Origin: Thermoanaerobaculia bacterium
GTDB taxonomy: Bacteria; Acidobacteriota; Thermoanaerobaculia; UBA5066
Assembly: GCA_963821225.1 (NCBI GenBank)
Contig: CAWGCY010000006.1
Coordinates: 275,217-339,216 of the forward strand
DNA length: 64,000 nt
Reading direction: 5' to 3'
How positions within the stretch are numbered: the stretch's first letter is position 1; every line of letters starts with the position of its first letter. A program made the translations under genes and the position numbers. This document shows positions 8,746-17,461 of this stretch, one piece after another. The notes below the pieces were generated by a model that was not told the origin of the DNA, did not search any database, and saw only the letters and a program-made list of their open reading frames with translations.

Positions 8746-9987
8746 CTATTCCTCGAATCCGACCCAGTGGGTGCGCTTCTCGATCTTCCCGCGCTTCTTC
8801 GCTTCGAGCATCTTCTGCGTCATCCAGTAGAACTCTTTCAGCACGATCGCCTCGCCGCCCATTCCGGCCATGAACGAAACGACCAGCGGTCGCTGCGCGC
8901 TCTCGTAGAGCGCCGCGCAGGCCTCGGCGTACAGCACTCCGCCGCTCGACACGCTGCCGAGCCCCATGTTGGTTTCGATGACGCCGACGACCGCGAACCT
9001 CGAGAGCACGTCCTTGACGCGATCCGTCGGGTAGGGCCGGATCGTCCTGAGCCGCACGAGGCCGACTTTCGCGCCGCGCTGCCGCATGTGCTGAATCGCG
9101 TAGCGTGCCGTCACGCCGTGGGCGCCCTGCAGGAAGAAAACGACCTCGGCGTCCCCGGTCATGTATTCCTCGATCCACGGGTCGTACCGGCGCCCGAAGA
9201 TCCGGGCGAACTCCTCGTGCGCCTGCTCGATGACCGGCACGGCGCCTTCCATCGCGCGGGCCCGTTCGAGCTGCAGCGGCGGACCTTGCTCCGGCATGAT
9301 CTGCGGGCCGTGCGAGACGGGACGCCGCGGATCGAGCGGGTACGGATGCCTGTAGTCCGGCAGGAACTCCCTAACCTGGCCCGTGTCGGGCAGCTCGACG
9401 TCGGTCGTGATGTGCGAGACGAAGAACCCGTCCTGGCACACCATCTGCGGAAGGAGCACGCGCGGATCCTCGCCGATCCGGTAGCCGAGCAGATGATTGT
9501 CGAACGCTTCCTGCGCGTCGCACGCCCAGCCCATGAGCCAGCCCATGTCGCGCGTCGAGAGCGCGTCCGTGTGCTCGGACCCGAAATCGCCCGGCGGATC
9601 GAGCGTGCGATCGGCGATCATCATCTGCACGGGCATCCGCGTACCCGAGATCGGCGAATAGAGCTCGTACGCGAACTGCACGCCGACGCCCGAGCTGCCG
9701 GTGAACACGCGCGCCCCGCTCGAGGAGGCGCCGTGCGCGATGCTCAGCTGCGAGTGCTCGCTGTCCGCCACGATGTACTCGGCATCCAGCTCGCCGTTGG
9801 CCACCATCTGCGCGAGCGCGATCATCGTCGCCGTGTAGGGCCGGATCGGATAGGCCGTGATCACGTCGACGTCGGCGTACTTGGCGGCCTGCGCCGCCGC
9901 GACGCAGCCGTTGATCCGGACCTTCTTCTTCTGCATCACCGCGGTCGTCACGTGGGGCTTCTTCTTCGGTTCCACTGCGGTCGACAT
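8746..9987 (-). CDS. 2-oxoacid:ferredoxin oxidoreductase alpha subunit, cluster 1
   Basis: MSTAVEPKKKPHVTTAVMQKKKVRINGCVAAAQAAKYADVDVITAYPIRPYTA...GSSGVGV...DRTLDPPGDFGSEHTD is the PorA/KorA family. ATG at 9987. Confidence 0.85.
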   Translation of the reverse strand: MSTAVEPKKKPHVTTAVMQKKKVRINGCVAAAQAAKYADVDVITAYPIRPYTATMIALAQMVANGELDAEYIVADSEHSQLSIAHGASSSGARVFTGSSGVGVQFAYELYSPISGTRMPVQMMIADRTLDPPGDFGSEHTDALSTRDMGWLMGWACDAQEAFDNHLLGYRIGEDPRVLLPQMVCQDGFFVSHITTDVELPDTGQVREFLPDYRHPYPLDPRRPVSHGPQIMPEQGPPLQLERARAMEGAVPVIEQAHEEFARIFGRRYDPWIEEYMTGDAEVVFFLQGAHGVTARYAIQHMRQRGAKVGLVRLRTIRPYPTDRVKDVLSRFAVVGVIETNMGLGSVSSGGVLYAEACAALYESAQRPLVVSFMAGMGGEAIVLKEFYWMTQKMLEAKKRGKIEKRTHWVGFEE

Positions 9988-10001
9988 ATGAGCCCTCAGC
10001 C

Positions 10002-11846
10002 CTATTTCCAGTTCTCGATGTTCTTGGCCGGACGATCCGGCAGGTTCTTCAGCTCCTCGGCCTGCCGCCCGTGCAGCCCCGGCGTGATCGCGAACGCCGT
10101 GTCCATGCGGACGACGCCCGTGTCGAAGTCCATCTCGGGCACGCTCTCGAGGCAGCCCGTCGGACACTCCTCGATGCAGACGCGGCAGCCCTTGCAGTAG
10201 TCGGTGAGGATCCTGTAGAGGCCGTTCGACCGCACGGAGCGCACGATGCACGGTTCTGGACAGACCAGGTAGCAGTTGTCGCACGCGTTGCAGGTGCCGC
10301 AGCTGAAACAGCGACTGGCCTCCTCCGTCACCTGCTCCCTCGTGAACGCCTGAATGACCTCCTCCTGCGTGCGGCGCCGGTGAGCCGTCGGCAGCATCTG
10401 CTGCTGCACGCGAGGCCACTTCGGGAAATACGTCATGTTCATCCGTTCGAGGTCCGTGATGACGTCCGTCGCGACGACGCGCTCCTGCAGCGGCTCGCCC
10501 CGGAGCACCCTGTCGAGGCTGAACGCCACGCGTTTGCCGTCGCCCACGGCGTTCACGACCATCAGCGGCTGACCGGTGCCGGCCTGTGCGATGTCGCCGG
10601 CGGCGAAGAACATCGTGTCGCCGAGACGTCCGAACCGGTCGATCCTGATCGTGCCGCGCTCGTTCTTGAACTCGGCCGGCAGCCACGCGAGGGATGCATG
10701 CTGTCCCACGGCGATGATCACGTTGTCGACCTCGAAGCGCTCGGCCGGAGAGCCGCGATCGACGGCAATCGGCGAGGCGTTGACCGCGCCGGTGAAGCGC
10801 GCCGGATGGAGCTCGAGCGCCTCGATCCGTCCGTTGCCGAGCGCGGCGGTCATGGCCCGCCCGTGCATCAGCTCGACGCCTTCCGCGAGCATGTCGTGCA
10901 GGTCCTCCGGCACACACGGCATCTCGTCGGGACCGCCCTCGACGGTGATCATCGTCACGTCTTCGGCGCCTTGGCGAAGCGCTTCGCGGGCGCAGTCGAT
11001 GGCCGTGTTGCCGCCGCCGATTACGGCCACTCGCGAGCCCAGCTTCACATTCGACGTCCCCATGCCGATGTCGCGCAGGAAGGGCAGACCATAGAGGACG
11101 CCGTCCTTGTCTTCACCTTCCGCGCGCACGCTGTTCGGCTCCGTGAGACCGACCGCCAGGACGCAGGCGTCGTAGTTCTTTTTCAGGTCGTCCCAGGTAA
11201 CGTCTTTGCCCACTTCCGTTTTCGTCTTGATCGTGATGCCGAGCTCGACGAGGCGTTCGATCTCGCGATCGAGCACGTTCTGCGGGAGCACCCAGTCGGG
11301 AATGCCGCCGCGATTGAGGCCGCCGGGCTTCGGCGACTTCTCCAGAATCGTGACCTCGTAGCCGAGGCGCGCGAGCTGGTACGCCGCGCTGTGCCCGGCG
11401 GGCCCCGATCCGACGACGGCGACCTTCTTCCCGTTCGGCGCGCCGGCTTTCACGACGTCGCGCGGCAGGGACTGCCCGAGGTCGCCGAGAAACCGCTCGA
11501 CGGCGCGGATGGAGATCGCCTCGTCGTACTGTCCGCGATTGCAGGCCTGCTCGCACGGGTGGTAGCACACGCGGCCGGTCACGGACGGGAACGGCATGTC
11601 TTCCTTGATGAGCGCGTAGGCGTCGAGGTACTTGCCGCGCTTCACCAGGTCCAGGTAGCCCTGGATCTTTTCGTTGGTGCCGCACGCATTGTTGCAGGGC
11701 GGCATCTTGTCCCGGTACACGGGCCGCGTCGAGCGCCAGTTGCCCGTCGGAAACAGGTCCTGGCCTTTTTCCTGCGACGGCGCCGGTGTGATCCCGGCAA
11801 ACGGCACCGCCAGCCAATCGGGGATATGAGTACCTTTGGTCGACAT
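10002..11846 (-). CDS. Fusion protein: GltD-like NAD(P)H-dependent FAD oxidoreductase (N-terminal Fe-S + FAD/NAD(P) Rossmann domains) fused to PorD-type 2x[4Fe-4S] ferredoxin delta subunit
   Basis: The N-terminus carries CNNACGTNEKIQGYLDLVKRGKYLDAYALIKEDMPFPSVTGRVCYHPCEQAC, the GltD iron-sulfur motif. VAVVGSGPAGHSAAYQLARLGYEVTILEK and VAVIGGGNTAIDCAREALRQG are dinucleotide-binding motifs. The C-terminus carries CFSCGTCNACDNCYLVCPEP...CKGCRVCIEECPTGC, two CxxCxxCxxxCP motifs. ATG at 11846. Confidence 0.8.
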   Translation of the reverse strand: MSTKGTHIPDWLAVPFAGITPAPSQEKGQDLFPTGNWRSTRPVYRDKMPPCNNACGTNEKIQGYLDLVKRGKYLDAYALIKEDMPFPSVTGRVCYHPCEQACNRGQYDEAISIRAVERFLGDLGQSLPRDVVKAGAPNGKKVAVVGSGPAGHSAAYQLARLGYEVTILEKSPKPGGLNRGGIPDWVLPQNVLDREIERLVELGITIKTKTEVGKDVTWDDLKKNYDACVLAVGLTEPNSVRAEGEDKDGVLYGLPFLRDIGMGTSNVKLGSRVAVIGGGNTAIDCAREALRQGAEDVTMITVEGGPDEMPCVPEDLHDMLAEGVELMHGRAMTAALGNGRIEALELHPARFTGAVNASPIAVDRGSPAERFEVDNVIIAVGQHASLAWLPAEFKNERGTIRIDRFGRLGDTMFFAAGDIAQAGTGQPLMVVNAVGDGKRVAFSLDRVLRGEPLQERVVATDVITDLERMNMTYFPKWPRVQQQMLPTAHRRRTQEEVIQAFTREQVTEEASRCFSCGTCNACDNCYLVCPEPCIVRSVRSNGLYRILTDYCKGCRVCIEECPTGCLESVPEMDFDTGVVRMDTAFAITPGLHGRQAEELKNLPDRPAKNIENWK

Positions 11847-11866
11847 CTCTTGTTGGTCCTTATCCC

Positions 11867-12514
11867 TCAAGCCACCGCTTTTCCGAGCGGCATGATGTGT
11901 AACTGGTCGAGCGCGGCGTGGAACGCTCTTTTGTTCGTGAGCATGGGCTCGATCGACTCGATCTTGACGATGCCCGTCGTCTTGACGATCGCGGCGATGA
12001 TCGGGGCCGCGATGTCGGGCGCGATCGAGGTGCTGCGTTCCGCCGCGCCCTCGGTCGACAGCCGATCGAGGCCGAGCTCGCCCAGCCGGTAGTACAACCA
12101 CTTGTGGTGGGCGATGTGCGCGGCATCGACGCACACCAACTGGGCGAGCCGTTCGGGACCAGGCACGAAGCGGATCATGTACTCGGGCGTGTAATGCGTG
12201 TTGATCACGAGCGTGCCGCCGGGCGGCATCCCGCGCATGTAATCCCAGCCTTTGACCATCGTCTGTTCGACGAGCACCACGATGTTCGGCTGCTCGTTCT
12301 CGTAGGTGAGCTCGTTTTCGAGCACGCTCTCGCTCAGGCGGCAGTACTTGCGGGTCGGCGCGTTGGTGCGATCGGGATTGTCGACGTAGTTCTCCATCGC
12401 CTGCGCGAACTTGCCCTCGAGCCGTCCGGCGGCGGCGACCGAATTGACGATGTCGCGGCCTTCCTTGTCCATGATGATGCCGCGCGTCCACACGGTGAGC
12501 TCGGTGTAACTCAT
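11867..12514 (-). CDS. 2-oxoacid:ferredoxin oxidoreductase gamma subunit, cluster 1
   Basis: MSYTELTVWTRGIIMDKEGRDIVNSVAAAG... is homologous to the cluster-2 gamma subunit. ATG at 12514 with an AGGGGGA RBS. The start overlaps the upstream stop (ATGA). Confidence 0.8.
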   Translation of the reverse strand: MSYTELTVWTRGIIMDKEGRDIVNSVAAAGRLEGKFAQAMENYVDNPDRTNAPTRKYCRLSESVLENELTYENEQPNIVVLVEQTMVKGWDYMRGMPPGGTLVINTHYTPEYMIRFVPGPERLAQLVCVDAAHIAHHKWLYYRLGELGLDRLSTEGAAERSTSIAPDIAAPIIAAIVKTTGIVKIESIEPMLTNKRAFHAALDQLHIMPLGKAVA

Positions 12515-12852
12515 GTCGGGTCCCCCTGAAACCGGCTCTGGACGTGCCGGACGAAGCGCTCGAAGACGTCTGCGAGCTTCTGCCGCTCGGGATGGTCCGG
12601 CGGCTCGGCGGCGATTGCGACCTGGGTTCGTTCCTGGCCCGCCTCGATCAGCCGGATCGTGCCCAGGTTGGTGTGCTCGATCGCCCATCCGTCTCTCTTG
12701 ACGGCAGTGACCGCCATGCTCAGCGTCTTGCCGTCGCTCTCCCAGGGCACGACGATCGCGGCGACGTGGCCCTGGACACGGGCGTCCTCCTCGATCGCGC
12801 GGGACACGGCCTGCGGAGATCCGGTGGCGGTGAACGTGAGGAACTCGCCCAT
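12511..12852 (-). CDS. Hypothetical protein, 113 aa, first gene of OFOR operon 1
   Basis: MGEFLTFTATGSPQAVSRAIEEDARVQGHVAAIVVPWESDGKTLSMAVTAVKRDGWAIEHTNLGTIRLIEAGQ... ATG at 12852 preceded by GGAGG. It overlaps the gamma start by 4 nt. Confidence 0.45.
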   Translation of the reverse strand: MGEFLTFTATGSPQAVSRAIEEDARVQGHVAAIVVPWESDGKTLSMAVTAVKRDGWAIEHTNLGTIRLIEAGQERTQVAIAAEPPDHPERQKLADVFERFVRHVQSRFQGDPT

Positions 12853-12860
12853 GCCCGCGT

Positions 12861-13691
12861 TTGCCTCCGTGTTACACTGGACCAGTGGTCGAACCACTTA
12901 GGCGCGCGATCCTGACATCCGGGCGCCGTGGTGTCAAGCGACCGGGCGCCCTCCGGCGGCCGTCAGGCGCCCGCGACTCCAGCCTGATCGAACCGATCAG
13001 AAAGACGCGGGTGGCCGAGGACATCGCGGACCGCATCCGTGTGCTGATTCTCGACGGCACCTTCCCCGCGGGCCAGGCGCTGCCCGCCGAACGCGCGCTC
13101 GCAGAATGGTTCGGCGTCAGCCGCGGGTCGATCCGCGACGCGTTCCGTACGCTGGAGACCATCGGCCTGCTCGTCACGCGCCACGGCCAGGGCACGTTTC
13201 CTCAGGAGCTCGACATCAACCGGCTCGTCGCGCCGCTGGCTTCCGTCCTCAGCTACCACTATGAACTGCAGGACGAGCTGCTGGACGTGCGCCGCATCTT
13301 CGAACCGGCCGTCGCGCGCGTCGCGGCCACGCGCGTCACCGACGAGGACATCGCCGACCTGGAGCGGATCCTCGAGGCGCAGCGCAGGAAGCTCAAGACC
13401 GGCCGATCGACCATCGCCGAGGTCACGGCCTTTCACCACGTCGTCGCGCGCGCGACGCGCAATCGCGTCGTCGTCAGCATCATGGCCACGCTGAACGATC
13501 TCCTCGTGGAATCGCGCAAGCGAAGGCTGAAGCAGAAGGGACACCCGCACCGATCCATCCTCGGTCACGAGGCGGTCGTCGCGGCATTGCGGCAGCGTGA
13601 CGGCGCCGCCGCGGCGGAAGCCATGCGCGGGCATCTCGATCAGATCGCCGACTTCCTCCGGCACGCACCGACGCTCGTTCGTCATGGATGA
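12861..13691 (+). CDS. FadR/GntR-family transcriptional regulator (paralog 1); start uncertain (TTG 12861, GTG 12885 or GTG 13011)
   Basis: SLIEPIRKTRVAEDIADRIRVLILDGTFPAGQALPAERALAEWFGVSRGSIRDAFRTLETIGLL is a winged-HTH GntR N-domain followed by an FCD-like C-domain. It is about 85% identical to the regulator at 28263-29033. Confidence 0.8.
   Translation: MPPCYTGPVVEPLRRAILTSGRRGVKRPGALRRPSGARDSSLIEPIRKTRVAEDIADRIRVLILDGTFPAGQALPAERALAEWFGVSRGSIRDAFRTLETIGLLVTRHGQGTFPQELDINRLVAPLASVLSYHYELQDELLDVRRIFEPAVARVAATRVTDEDIADLERILEAQRRKLKTGRSTIAEVTAFHHVVARATRNRVVVSIMATLNDLLVESRKRRLKQKGHPHRSILGHEAVVAALRQRDGAAAAEAMRGHLDQIADFLRHAPTLVRHG
12875..12898. promoter_or_regulatory. Bipartite palindromic operator-like motif CACTGGaCCAGTGGTCGAACCACT (FadR-type TGGTC...ACCA half-sites) between divergent hyp113/OFOR operon and GntR-1
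   Basis: It contains the perfect inverted repeats CACTGG-a-CCAGTG and AGTGGT-cga-ACCACT. A near-identical motif occurs upstream of OFOR cluster 2 (28161-28182). Confidence 0.4.
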
Positions 13692-14439
13692 GAACCTGCG
13701 CCACCAGCGTGACGTTTCGCTCGCGCAGCTCGAGGCTTTGATCCGGCGCGGCCACCAGATCCGGAGCACGCCGGCGAACGATGCCGCCCGAGCCTGGCAA
13801 GAAGACTGCGCGGCCGCGATCAATCAGCTCTCCGGCGGAAGCAAGGCCCACTGGCTCTCCCGCGCGTACAGCGATGCCTTTCTCGTGCGCCCGGCCGGTG
13901 GCGGGGTGGTCGTCGAAGTGGACGCGACGGAGATCATCGACCGCATTCTCGCCGTCCTGGCGCAGGGCGCGACGTCCCTGACGCGCATGGACGTTGTCGC
14001 CGCCTCCTCCGCGGCGGGGCCGCAGCCGCGCCAATTCGACTTCGTGCACGACGCCGACCTTCGCCCCGTCCTGGAGCAGACGTTCGCGGACAGCCGCGAC
14101 GCCCTCGGGCGCGGCGAATTCGGCCTGGCGCTCATTCTTTCGTGTAGCGTGATCGAATCGGTGCTCACCGATGCGCTGGACCTCGCTCGACCCCGGGCTC
14201 CCGGCGCGCCCGAAGAACGCATCGCCGACTGGTCCTTCGAGAGGCGCATCGCCGCGGCCGAAAGTGCGGGACTCATTCGCAACGGATGCGCCCGCCTCCC
14301 GACCGTGGCGCGGAGGTACCGGGATCTGACGGATGCCGACGGCGAGCTGCGGGTGGACACGCCGGTGTCCGAGCGCGAGGCCCGACTCGCCGGTCAGGTC
14401 CTCCGCGTCGTCATGCGAGATCTCGACCCGGGCCGATAA
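13684..14439 (+). CDS. Hypothetical protein, 252 aa, translationally coupled to GntR-1
   Basis: The ATG at 13684 lies within ATGGATGA, which overlaps the GntR stop. MDENLRHQRDVSLAQLEALIRRGHQIRSTPANDAARAWQEDCAAAINQLSGG...LALILSCSVIESVLTDALDLAR... I recognise no domain in it. Confidence 0.55.
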   Translation: MDENLRHQRDVSLAQLEALIRRGHQIRSTPANDAARAWQEDCAAAINQLSGGSKAHWLSRAYSDAFLVRPAGGGVVVEVDATEIIDRILAVLAQGATSLTRMDVVAASSAAGPQPRQFDFVHDADLRPVLEQTFADSRDALGRGEFGLALILSCSVIESVLTDALDLARPRAPGAPEERIADWSFERRIAAAESAGLIRNGCARLPTVARRYRDLTDADGELRVDTPVSEREARLAGQVLRVVMRDLDPGR

Positions 14440-14471
14440 AAGCGCGCCGAGACCCCGCTCGCGGCGATCCG

Positions 14472-14490
14472 TGAGCCTCCCGTGCCGGGA
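14472..14490 (+). terminator. GC-rich hairpin GCCTCCCG-tgc-CGGGAGGC downstream of the 252-aa gene (no U-tract)
   Basis: Perfect 8-bp inverted repeat lying 33 nt after the stop at 14439. Confidence 0.3.
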
Positions 14491-14600
14491 GGCTGCGCCG
14501 CCGCGGCGCCTCGCCAGACCTTCAGACCCCGTCACGACGCCCGGCCGCACGACCCGCAGAAAATCTGCCAATATCCGGCCCGAAGCCAGGGAGGTTTGCC

Positions 14601-17339
14601 ATGCCGTCGACGCGCGCGAAGAAAGCGACCAGGGCTGCTCCGAGAGCGAAGGCCGGGAAGTGGGTGTACCTTTTCGCCGACGGAAAGGCCGAAGGCAACG
14701 CGAAGATGCGCTCGCTGCTCGGCGGCAAAGGCGCCGGTCTCGCGGAGATGACGAACGCGGGCCTCCCCGTCCCTCCCGGTTTCACCATCACCACCGCGGC
14801 CTGCAACGCGTTCTTCAAGGGCGGCCGGAAGCTGCCGCCGGGACTCTGGGACCAGGTGGAGCGCGGCCTCGCGGCGATCGAGCGATTCACGAAGAAGCGC
14901 CTCGGCGATCCAAGGGACCCGCTGCTCGTCTCCGTCCGCTCGGGTTCCGCGATGTCGATGCCCGGAATGATGGACACGGTCCTCAACCTGGGCCTCAACG
15001 ACCAGAGCCGCCAGGGCCTCGCGACGCTCACGAAGAACGAGCGCTTCGCGTGGGACGCCTACCGCCGGTTCATCTCGATGTTCGGCCGGATCGTCCTCGA
15101 TGTCCCCGCAGAGGAGTTCGACGCGGCGCTCGAGAAGCGCAAGCGCGCCAGGAACGCAAAATCGGACACGGAGCTCGACGCGAAAGACCTCGCCGGGCTG
15201 GTGGACGAGTTCAAGGCCATCGTCCAGAGGAAGACGGGAAAACCGTTCCCAATCGAGCCACGGGACCAGCTCCGCCTCGCGGTCGAAGCCGTCTTCCGCT
15301 CGTGGTTCGGCGCGCGCGCGAAGGATTATCGCAAGCAGTTCAAGATCTCGGACGACCTCGGCACGGCGTGCAGCGTCATGACGATGGTCTTCGGCAATAT
15401 GGGCGACGACTCCGGCACCGGTGTCGCGTTCACCCGCGACCCGAGGACCGGCGAGAAGAAGCTCTACGGCGAGTACCTCATGAACGCGCAGGGTGAGGAC
15501 GTCGTGGCCGGCATCCGAACCCCTTCGAAGATCGACCAGCTGAAGCGGGAGATGCCGAGGGCGTACGCCGAGTTTCAGAAGATCGCGCAACGGCTCGAGA
15601 AGCACTATCGCGACTCGCAGGACCTCGAGTTCACGATCGAGCGCGGCAAGCTCTTCATGCTCCAGACGCGCTCGGCAAAGCGGACTGCGCGCGCCGCGAT
15701 GAAGATGGCCACGGATATGGTGAAGGAGAAGCTCATCACCAAGGACGAGGCGATCCAGCGGATCGACCCGTTGCAGGTCGAGCAGCTCCTCGTGCCCGGC
15801 TTCGACCAGGCCGCAGTCGAGCGCGCGCGAAAGCAAGGCCGGTTCCTCGCGAAGGGCCTGAACGCGTCACCCGGAGCGGCCACCGGCCGCGCCGTGTTCG
15901 ACGCAGACCGCGCGGTCGCGCTCAAAGGCCAGAAGCAGCTCGTCGTCCTCGTCCGGCCGGAGACCTCGCCGGACGACTTCCACGGCATGATCGCGGCGAC
16001 CGGGATCCTCACCGCGCGGGGAGGCTCGACTTCACACGCGGCCGTCGTCGCGCGCGGTCTCGGGCTGCCGTGCGTCGCCGGCTGCGCCGAGCTCTCGATC
16101 GACCTCGGGAAGCGCGAGATGCGCGTCGGCAAGGCCGTCATCAAGGAAGGCGACTCGATCTCCATCGACGGCACGACGGGCGAGGTGTTCGCGGGCGAGC
16201 TGCCGACGAACCCGCCGAACTACGAGAAGGAGACCGAGCTCATCGAGCTCCTCTCGTGGGCCGACAGGCGGCGCCGGCTCGGCGTGTGGGTGAACGCCGA
16301 CACCCCGGGCGAGTGCATCGAGGCGCGCAAGCTCGGAGCGGAAGGCGTGGGGCTCGCGCGAACCGAACACATGTTCCGGCAGGCCGAGCGGCTCCCGCAC
16401 GTGCAAGACATGATCATGGCCGACACCGAGGCGGGCCGAAAAGCCGCGCTCGCGAAGCTCCTCCCGTTCCAGCAGGGCGACTTCCGCGAGATGTACAAAG
16501 CGATGGACGGCCTGCCGGTGGTCATCCGGCTCATCGACCCGCCGCTCCACGAGTTCCTTCGTGAGTTCGCGAACGTCGATCTCGAGATCGCCGTCGCCGA
16601 GGCGACCGGCAAGGACGGACCGGAGCTCGAGCAGAAGAGAAAGATCTGGCGGCGGCTCGAGCAGATCCACGAGGACAATCCGATGCTCGGCCTGCGCGGG
16701 TGCCGCCTGCTTCTCGTGTACCCGGAGATCCTCGAGATGCAGATCCGCGCGATCCTCGGAGCCGCCGCCGACTCCGCCGAGAAGGGCGTGAGCGCGAAGC
16801 CCGAGATCATGATGCCGCTCGTCGGCACGATGGGGGAGCTCGATCGCCTGCGCGACCAGGTGATGAGCGTCGCCGCGGCGGTCGAGAAGGAGCGCGGGCG
16901 GAAGATCCCGTTCAAGTTCGGGACGATGATCGAGATCCCGAGGGCCTGCATCATCGCCGACGAGATCGCCACGAAGACCGAGTTCTTCTCGTTCGGCACG
17001 AACGACCTCACCCAGACCGTGCTCGGCATCTCGCGCGACGATGCGCAGAAGAGCTTCCTCACGAAGTACGTCGAGCAGAAGATCATTCCCGACGACCCGT
17101 TCCAGGTGATCGACCGTGGGGGCGTCGGCGAGATGATGAAGATGGGTGTCGACCGCGGCCGCAAGACGAAGCCCGACCTGAAGATCGGCATCTGCGGCGA
17201 GCACGCCGGCGAGCCGAGCTCGGTGGCGTTCTGCCACCAGATCGGACTCACCTACGTGTCACCGTCGACGTACCGGGTGCCCGTGGCGCGGCTCGCGGCC
17301 GCACAGGCCGCGCTCGAGTCGGGCGAGCGCGACCGCTAG
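14601..17339 (+). CDS. ppdK: Pyruvate, phosphate dikinase
   Basis: 912 aa. KWVYLFADGKAEGNAKMRSLLGGKGAGLAEMTNAGLPVPPGFTITTAAC...GGSTSHAAVVARGLGLPCVAGC, with the catalytic His region, and a PEP-utilizing C-terminal domain. GGGAGG RBS. Confidence 0.9.
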   Translation: MPSTRAKKATRAAPRAKAGKWVYLFADGKAEGNAKMRSLLGGKGAGLAEMTNAGLPVPPGFTITTAACNAFFKGGRKLPPGLWDQVERGLAAIERFTKKRLGDPRDPLLVSVRSGSAMSMPGMMDTVLNLGLNDQSRQGLATLTKNERFAWDAYRRFISMFGRIVLDVPAEEFDAALEKRKRARNAKSDTELDAKDLAGLVDEFKAIVQRKTGKPFPIEPRDQLRLAVEAVFRSWFGARAKDYRKQFKISDDLGTACSVMTMVFGNMGDDSGTGVAFTRDPRTGEKKLYGEYLMNAQGEDVVAGIRTPSKIDQLKREMPRAYAEFQKIAQRLEKHYRDSQDLEFTIERGKLFMLQTRSAKRTARAAMKMATDMVKEKLITKDEAIQRIDPLQVEQLLVPGFDQAAVERARKQGRFLAKGLNASPGAATGRAVFDADRAVALKGQKQLVVLVRPETSPDDFHGMIAATGILTARGGSTSHAAVVARGLGLPCVAGCAELSIDLGKREMRVGKAVIKEGDSISIDGTTGEVFAGELPTNPPNYEKETELIELLSWADRRRRLGVWVNADTPGECIEARKLGAEGVGLARTEHMFRQAERLPHVQDMIMADTEAGRKAALAKLLPFQQGDFREMYKAMDGLPVVIRLIDPPLHEFLREFANVDLEIAVAEATGKDGPELEQKRKIWRRLEQIHEDNPMLGLRGCRLLLVYPEILEMQIRAILGAAADSAEKGVSAKPEIMMPLVGTMGELDRLRDQVMSVAAAVEKERGRKIPFKFGTMIEIPRACIIADEIATKTEFFSFGTNDLTQTVLGISRDDAQKSFLTKYVEQKIIPDDPFQVIDRGGVGEMMKMGVDRGRKTKPDLKIGICGEHAGEPSSVAFCHQIGLTYVSPSTYRVPVARLAAAQAALESGERDR

Positions 17340-17461
17340 CGGGGCCGCCATCCGGCGCAGTCCTTCCAGGGGCTGAAGCATCAGATACTGCCGCCGCTTC
17401 CGGAGGTGGTCGCCGCGCCGTGCTCATCACGATCTGGTCGCGGCGCAGCCGGCGGGCCGCA

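Noticed and set aside
12861-12897. Both strands show ORFs here: the GntR-1 N-terminal extension on plus, and the hyp113 extension MVRPLVQCNTEANAG on minus.
   Set aside because: Dual coding is unlikely. The minus-strand extension was dropped in favour of the ATG at 12852 with a GGAGG RBS. The GntR-1 start was left flagged as uncertain.
17340-17461. 122-nt convergent gap between ppdK and the P-type ATPase, checked for a tRNA or sRNA.
   Set aside because: There is no cloverleaf and no GGTTCGA-type T-loop, only imperfect GC inverted repeats.
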